From the NCBI GenBank assembly GCA_028282585.1, contig JANQHR010000098.1, forward strand, positions 1 to 31,890: DNA of 31,890 nt, given 5' to 3'. The position numbers and the translations under genes were made by a program. The notes beneath the pieces were generated by a model. It ran no database searches, was not told where the DNA came from, and worked only from the letters and a program-made list of their open reading frames with translations. The stretch is from Bacteroidales bacterium (GTDB taxonomy: Bacteria > Bacteroidota > Bacteroidia > Bacteroidales > UBA12077). Below, piece after piece: positions 27,915-31,890 of this stretch. Each line of letters begins with the position of its first letter. Position 1 is the stretch's first letter.

Positions 27915-29342
27915 ATGAAACAAAAGCTTACAAAATTTACCGATTTTGCAAACTCATTATATCCGCATGAGCTTGATTATCTTCTTTCTATTCAGCAATT
28001 TGCAACGAATGAAAATCTTAAAATATTAAATCTAATCAACTACAATTGCAAAAACCCTTTAAATACCTTACCATACGACGGAAGCTTAGATAAACGAAAA
28101 TATTCATATCTTAAAAATTGGATAGACAACAAGCTTAATGATATTGATGTTGACTATTATTATGAGTGGCTAATAAGTATTGAAAAACAAGTTATGACAG
28201 ATGCTATAATACCAGATGAAGAAAAAGATTTATTAGAAAAAACAAATACGACAAAACACACTCATTATTATTTTATCCGTTTCTATGAATTATTACAACA
28301 TTATCGTGACTATCTCTTAATTCGCGTACGAAACCAATATTATATTCCCATATCTGAATATCTTGAAAATTATAGAGAAAAGTATCAGTTAACATTAGAA
28401 GTAAATAAAAAATTAAATAACGCTACAATAGATATCATAAAGCAACATTCAACAACTGAAAATAAAACCGAATCAAAACATTGGGAAAAATTTTTAAAAG
28501 AAACTTTCTTAAACAAAAATTTGGATGGATATACCAGGTATAGAGCCATTGTGCGATTAACATTTTTGTATTACAACTATCGCGAATTTGAGAAACTAAG
28601 ATCCATTTATGAAACCCTGGATAAAATGTTTAAGTCGGATGTTTTCTATTCAAAACGTATTCTTGCTAACTATTATGGCAACCGCGCAATGATGCATTTA
28701 AAACTTCGTGAACTTGATGAAGCTGAAAAATATGGTTTCTTATCTATCCGGCAGCATAACAGCGATTATCTATTTTACTTACTAAATTTAATTGGTGTAC
28801 TTCTGCAGCGAGAAAAGAATAGGGAAGCATACAATTTAATGACCGAATCCATTCCTGAATTAAAAAAAACAAATAGTTATTACTATAAAATTGGCTTTGT
28901 TGCATTTTATATAAGAACATTGTTAGCAAATAATATGATTGACAAAGCAGTAAGTTATGCTGAAACTTTCCTTGATGGTTATAAAAAAGAAATCTTAAAA
29001 CACCGATGGCATTTATTTTTTAGTGAATATATACGAGCTCTTTTTAAAGCAGAAAAGTATTCAAAATTACTGTCGATTGTTAAACGTTATAATTTGGTAA
29101 ATAAGGAAAAACTATTTATTGGTAAAGCAAAATACTTACCCATTATATATTGGTACGGCACTGTGGCTAGCTATATAGAGGGTGCCATATCGGAAAAGAA
29201 ACTAAAGGAGATAATTATAAAATCCGGGCAATCACTCATTAAACATAAATATAAATCCATTAAAATTAATGAATTACTTGACGAGCTCTCGGGATCGCTA
29301 CCAAATATTACAAAGGAATTAAAACGCGAAATTCTTATGTAA
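27915..29342 (+). CDS. Hypothetical alpha-helical (TPR-like) protein
   Basis: About 475 aa, Tyr/Leu/Lys-rich helical repeats (e.g. ANYYGNRAMMHLKLRELDEAEKY); no signal peptide. Confidence 0.7.
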   Translation: MKQKLTKFTDFANSLYPHELDYLLSIQQFATNENLKILNLINYNCKNPLNTLPYDGSLDKRKYSYLKNWIDNKLNDIDVDYYYEWLISIEKQVMTDAIIPDEEKDLLEKTNTTKHTHYYFIRFYELLQHYRDYLLIRVRNQYYIPISEYLENYREKYQLTLEVNKKLNNATIDIIKQHSTTENKTESKHWEKFLKETFLNKNLDGYTRYRAIVRLTFLYYNYREFEKLRSIYETLDKMFKSDVFYSKRILANYYGNRAMMHLKLRELDEAEKYGFLSIRQHNSDYLFYLLNLIGVLLQREKNREAYNLMTESIPELKKTNSYYYKIGFVAFYIRTLLANNMIDKAVSYAETFLDGYKKEILKHRWHLFFSEYIRALFKAEKYSKLLSIVKRYNLVNKEKLFIGKAKYLPIIYWYGTVASYIEGAISEKKLKEIIIKSGQSLIKHKYKSIKINELLDELSGSLPNITKELKREILM

Positions 29343-30456
29343 TTAATTTTTCGTAATACTTTGAACTTCCGGTTTCCAATATTTCCAAAATAATCTTTTC
29401 CGTCACTGGTCCAACACCTTTCAAAGTTTTCAGTTTATTCCTGTATTCCGCAATTGGTTCTTTTAACTGCGAAATAGAATAAGCTCCATAACCATAAGGT
29501 GATTTTTGGCCTTTTTGTTTGAGGATATAATCCAACTGACCAAGAATTACTGCAACCAGATCATTCTGGTCAATGAATTGATTATATAACCTGGCCGGAA
29601 TTCTAATTGGAATCTCGTATTTTTTTGCCAAATCTAAAAAAAGTGAATTTACAGAGTTATAATATTCATAAGATGCTCCTCCCCATTTATTGCCTTTATA
29701 AATCATGTTATATTCATGTAATAGATTTGGATAATGTTCTTTAAGTACATTATAAAAATGATCTTGTTGGCGTCCTTCTTTTAAAGTCATTCTTCCAAAA
29801 ATGATAAAATCTACACCAGCTTCTTTAAATCTTCGAATTGAGTTTTCCAATTGATCAGGTAAATCAGTAATAAATGGTATCACAGGCATTAAAAAAGTTC
29901 CAACCGAAAAACCTTCTTTCTTGAAAAAAGAGATGGTTTCAAGCCTCTCAGTTGCCGAAGGAACGCCAGGTTCCATAATCTTACAAGCTTTGTCATCAAC
30001 TCCGGAAAAACTAAAACTTACAAATGCCCTCGATTTTTTGTTTATTTCCTTCAAAATATCAACATCCCTTTTTACCAGGGTAGATTTAGTTAATACATGT
30101 ACAGGAAAATCGTATTGATAAACTACTTTCAATACATTCCTTGAAAGTTCATACTTTTTATCTAGTGCATTATAGCTATCACCAACACCTCCTCCGATCA
30201 TAATAAAACCTTTTTTCATAGGATTTCTTTTCCTGGTTGGGTCAAGCTCTTTTTTTAATAATTCAGGAGCATTTATTTTAACTTCAATATCTTTTCCAAA
30301 TTCTCCTTCAACATAATATCCTTCTGCTCTTCCATCACAATAAGCGCAATTATGTAAACAGCCCCGATAAAGATTCATACCATAACGGGCTACGAACCAA
30401 GAGTCTACCATCTTATGTTTTCTCAATAAAGATTTAGCTTGTATTTCTGTAACCAT
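29335..30456 (-). CDS. Radical SAM protein, spore-photoproduct-lyase-like, with C-terminal HhH domain
   Basis: NLYRGCLHNCAYC (CxxxCxxC), VKINAPELL, VLTKS.LV.RD, MEPGVPS...RL, MPVIPFITD; C-terminal LKGVGPVT. Confidence 0.88.
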   Translation of the reverse strand: MVTEIQAKSLLRKHKMVDSWFVARYGMNLYRGCLHNCAYCDGRAEGYYVEGEFGKDIEVKINAPELLKKELDPTRKRNPMKKGFIMIGGGVGDSYNALDKKYELSRNVLKVVYQYDFPVHVLTKSTLVKRDVDILKEINKKSRAFVSFSFSGVDDKACKIMEPGVPSATERLETISFFKKEGFSVGTFLMPVIPFITDLPDQLENSIRRFKEAGVDFIIFGRMTLKEGRQQDHFYNVLKEHYPNLLHEYNMIYKGNKWGGASYEYYNSVNSLFLDLAKKYEIPIRIPARLYNQFIDQNDLVAVILGQLDYILKQKGQKSPYGYGAYSISQLKEPIAEYRNKLKTLKGVGPVTEKIILEILETGSSKYYEKLIT

Positions 30457-30460
30457 TCAA

Positions 30461-30499
30461 TAAAAATAAAAAAAGGGATTGATTCGCTCAACCCCTTTT
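30461..30499 (-). terminator. Intrinsic terminator after ssb
   Basis: Minus strand AAAAGGGGTTGA-GCGAA-TCAATCCCTTTT followed by a T run. Confidence 0.7.
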
Positions 30500-30515
30500 C
30501 AATAATAATTAAAAT

Positions 30516-30854
30516 TTACGCCTCAACTTTCGCAGGTTCAACTTTAAATGCAACCACCTCCGTTATATAGCGATCTTCTCCATTTTTATCGGTATATTTT
30601 CTGTTATTCAATCTACCAGAAACTAAAACAAGTTCTCCTTTCTTTAAAAAATCGAGGTTTTCATCTTTTTTGTTTTTCCAATACGCAACATTGTGCCATG
30701 TTGAATTATTAACCCATTCACCATCTTTGTTTTTATAACTTTCATTCGTAGCTAAACGAATATTAACCAATGTGCGCCCGCTTTCAAATGTTTTTACTTC
30801 TGCATCTTGTCCTAAGAATCCTTGAATTTCTACTTTGTTAATTGTTTTTTCCAT
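30516..30854 (-). CDS. ssb: Single-stranded DNA-binding protein, short form
   Basis: INKVEIQGFLGQD, LATNESYK, TWHNV, KKGELVLVSGRL..RKY, RYITEV; no acidic C-terminal tail. Confidence 0.9.
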   Translation of the reverse strand: MEKTINKVEIQGFLGQDAEVKTFESGRTLVNIRLATNESYKNKDGEWVNNSTWHNVAYWKNKKDENLDFLKKGELVLVSGRLNNRKYTDKNGEDRYITEVVAFKVEPAKVEA

Positions 30855-30966
30855 TGTTTTTTAGTTTTAATGATTAATAAAATTTTGTTGATACAAAGTA
30901 AGAGTAACATTATAAGCTTAATCGGTAATTAATTAAGTATAGTCGGTTAATATTCGTTTGTTGTCG

Positions 30967-30998
30967 TTTGTAATTGGTTACAAATTACTTTAAATTTG
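30967..30998 (+). promoter_or_regulatory. Complete Bacteroidota promoter (-33 TTTG, -7 TAAATTTG)
   Basis: TTTG (30967-30970), 20-bp spacer, TAAATTTG (30991-30998). Confidence 0.65.
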
Positions 30999-31020
30999 AT
31001 CTACAACATTTAAAATTAAA

Positions 31021-31398
31021 ATGATTATGAGAGAAAATTCTTTAAAAGAATGTCCTGAATGCGGTGATGAAATTATTGGAAGAACCGATAAGAAGTTTTG
31101 TTCGGATCAATGTCGTAATACCTATAATAATCGTTTAAATAGTGATGCCAGCAACACAGTTCGTAATATCAATAACATCTTAAGAAAAAACAGGCGAATT
31201 CTTCAGGGGCTTAACAGACAATCGGGTAAAACCATGGTCAATAAAGATACTTTACTTACCAATGGTTTTAATTTTACCTACCACACGCATATTTATACCA
31301 CGAAAAAAGGAGATATATATCAATTTTGTTATGAACAAGGATATTTGTATTTAAAAGATAAAGATTTGTATTTACTGGTTGAAAATAAAGATGAGTAA
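31021..31398 (+). CDS. Zn-ribbon protein, DUF2116-like, conserved in Bacteroidota
   Basis: CPECG...GRTDKKFCSDQCRNTYNN, ILRKNRRIL, GFNFTYHTH, FCYEQGY. Confidence 0.8.
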   Translation: MIMRENSLKECPECGDEIIGRTDKKFCSDQCRNTYNNRLNSDASNTVRNINNILRKNRRILQGLNRQSGKTMVNKDTLLTNGFNFTYHTHIYTTKKGDIYQFCYEQGYLYLKDKDLYLLVENKDE

Positions 31399-31482
31399 AA
31401 GGTGTCCTTACTCAATCTGACAGGTTGAACATTTGCAAATTAAATATAAATAACTAATTTTAATAAAAGAAGCAAAAATATA

Positions 31483-31851
31483 ATGCAAAATCTGGAGTTC
31501 GACAAGTATTATCATATTTACAATCGAGGTGTTAATTCATGCAGTTTATTCGAAGAAAATTCAAACTTTGAGCACTTTTTACATTTGTATGAAAAGTATA
31601 TTCTTCCAGTTGGTGATACCTTTGCATATTGCTTAATGCCAAATCACTTTCATTTTTTGGTTAAGATAAAAAAAGAGAAAGAAATTGGATATTATAAAAA
31701 GATAAACACTGACGGGTCTAACGACTCCGTCAGGTTTCAAACGGAGGCAATTTCATCTGACCTGTCAGAAAGTGTAACTTCTGACAGAGTCAAAAGGAAG
31801 AAACCAAACCCATCAAGACATTTCTCGCATTTATTTAGGCACATTCTTTAG
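31483..31851 (+). pseudogene. RAYT (Y1 HUH transposase), 3'-truncated
   Basis: YYHIYNRG, FAYCLMPNHFHFL, SRHFSHLF then an early stop; no YIHxNP catalytic Tyr region. Confidence 0.8.
31709..31792. repeat. Two REP-like hairpins inside the RAYT coding sequence
   Basis: CTGACGG-GTC-TAAC-GAC-T-CCGTCAG (31709-31733) and TGAC-CTGTCAGA-AAGTGTAACT-TCTGACAG-A-GTCA (31758-31792). Confidence 0.7.
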
Positions 31852-31890
31852 TAAATAACATTTTGAATATCAAGTAATTATTTGTATCTT

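Noticed and set aside
1116-30118. Short antisense or overlapping ORFs in the track (e.g. 1116-1355, 9255-9491, 13168-13428, 15902-16246, 17086-17550, 18251-18664, 21174-21407, 29921-30118)
   Set aside because: They overlap well-supported genes and show no recognisable motifs; best explained as shadow ORFs
9293-31851. The two RAYT fragments as halves of one split gene
   Set aside because: Both contain the HUH region with divergent sequence and have different associated hairpin families
1-31890. CRISPR array, tRNA, rRNA or anti-phage defence genes
   Set aside because: No repeat-spacer periodicity, cloverleaf, rRNA-like sequence or recognisable defence domain was seen by eye

Overview
AT-rich chromosomal window from a Bacteroidota genome, probably an anaerobic Bacteroidales-type organism (inferred from gldB, a PorT-like barrel, the murF-alr fusion, fhs and TAnnTTTG promoters). 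1-17 kb is mostly housekeeping: fhs, gldB, nadE, a Crp/Fnr regulator, a serine hydrolase, murF-alr, tdk, rsmI and a DEAD-box helicase. It is interspersed with an orphan cassette-like hydrolase gene, a 5'-truncated REP-associated tyrosine transposase (RAYT), two structured-RNA candidates and a serine-less ACP-like gene behind palindromic operators. The main candidate for an undescribed system is a co-oriented 9-gene locus at 17.1-27.8 kb: thiolase, NAD-type PhaB/FabG-like reductase, Na+/solute symporter, 4-hydroxybutyrate-type CoA transferase, two non-canonical KAS III (FabH-like) enzymes, a surface lipoprotein, an outer-membrane barrel without a recognisable TonB plug, and a lipoprotein esterase. 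I read it, by inference, as a PUL-like uptake and catabolism system for a hydroxy-acid ester such as PHB/3-hydroxybutyrate oligomers. The right end holds a DNA-repair-like neighbourhood (SPL-like radical SAM fused to a PolX-type HhH domain, ssb, a divergent Zn-ribbon gene, phased repeats) and a 3'-truncated RAYT with in-frame REP hairpins. No rRNA, tRNA or CRISPR array was recognised. All family calls come from motif recognition, not database searches.
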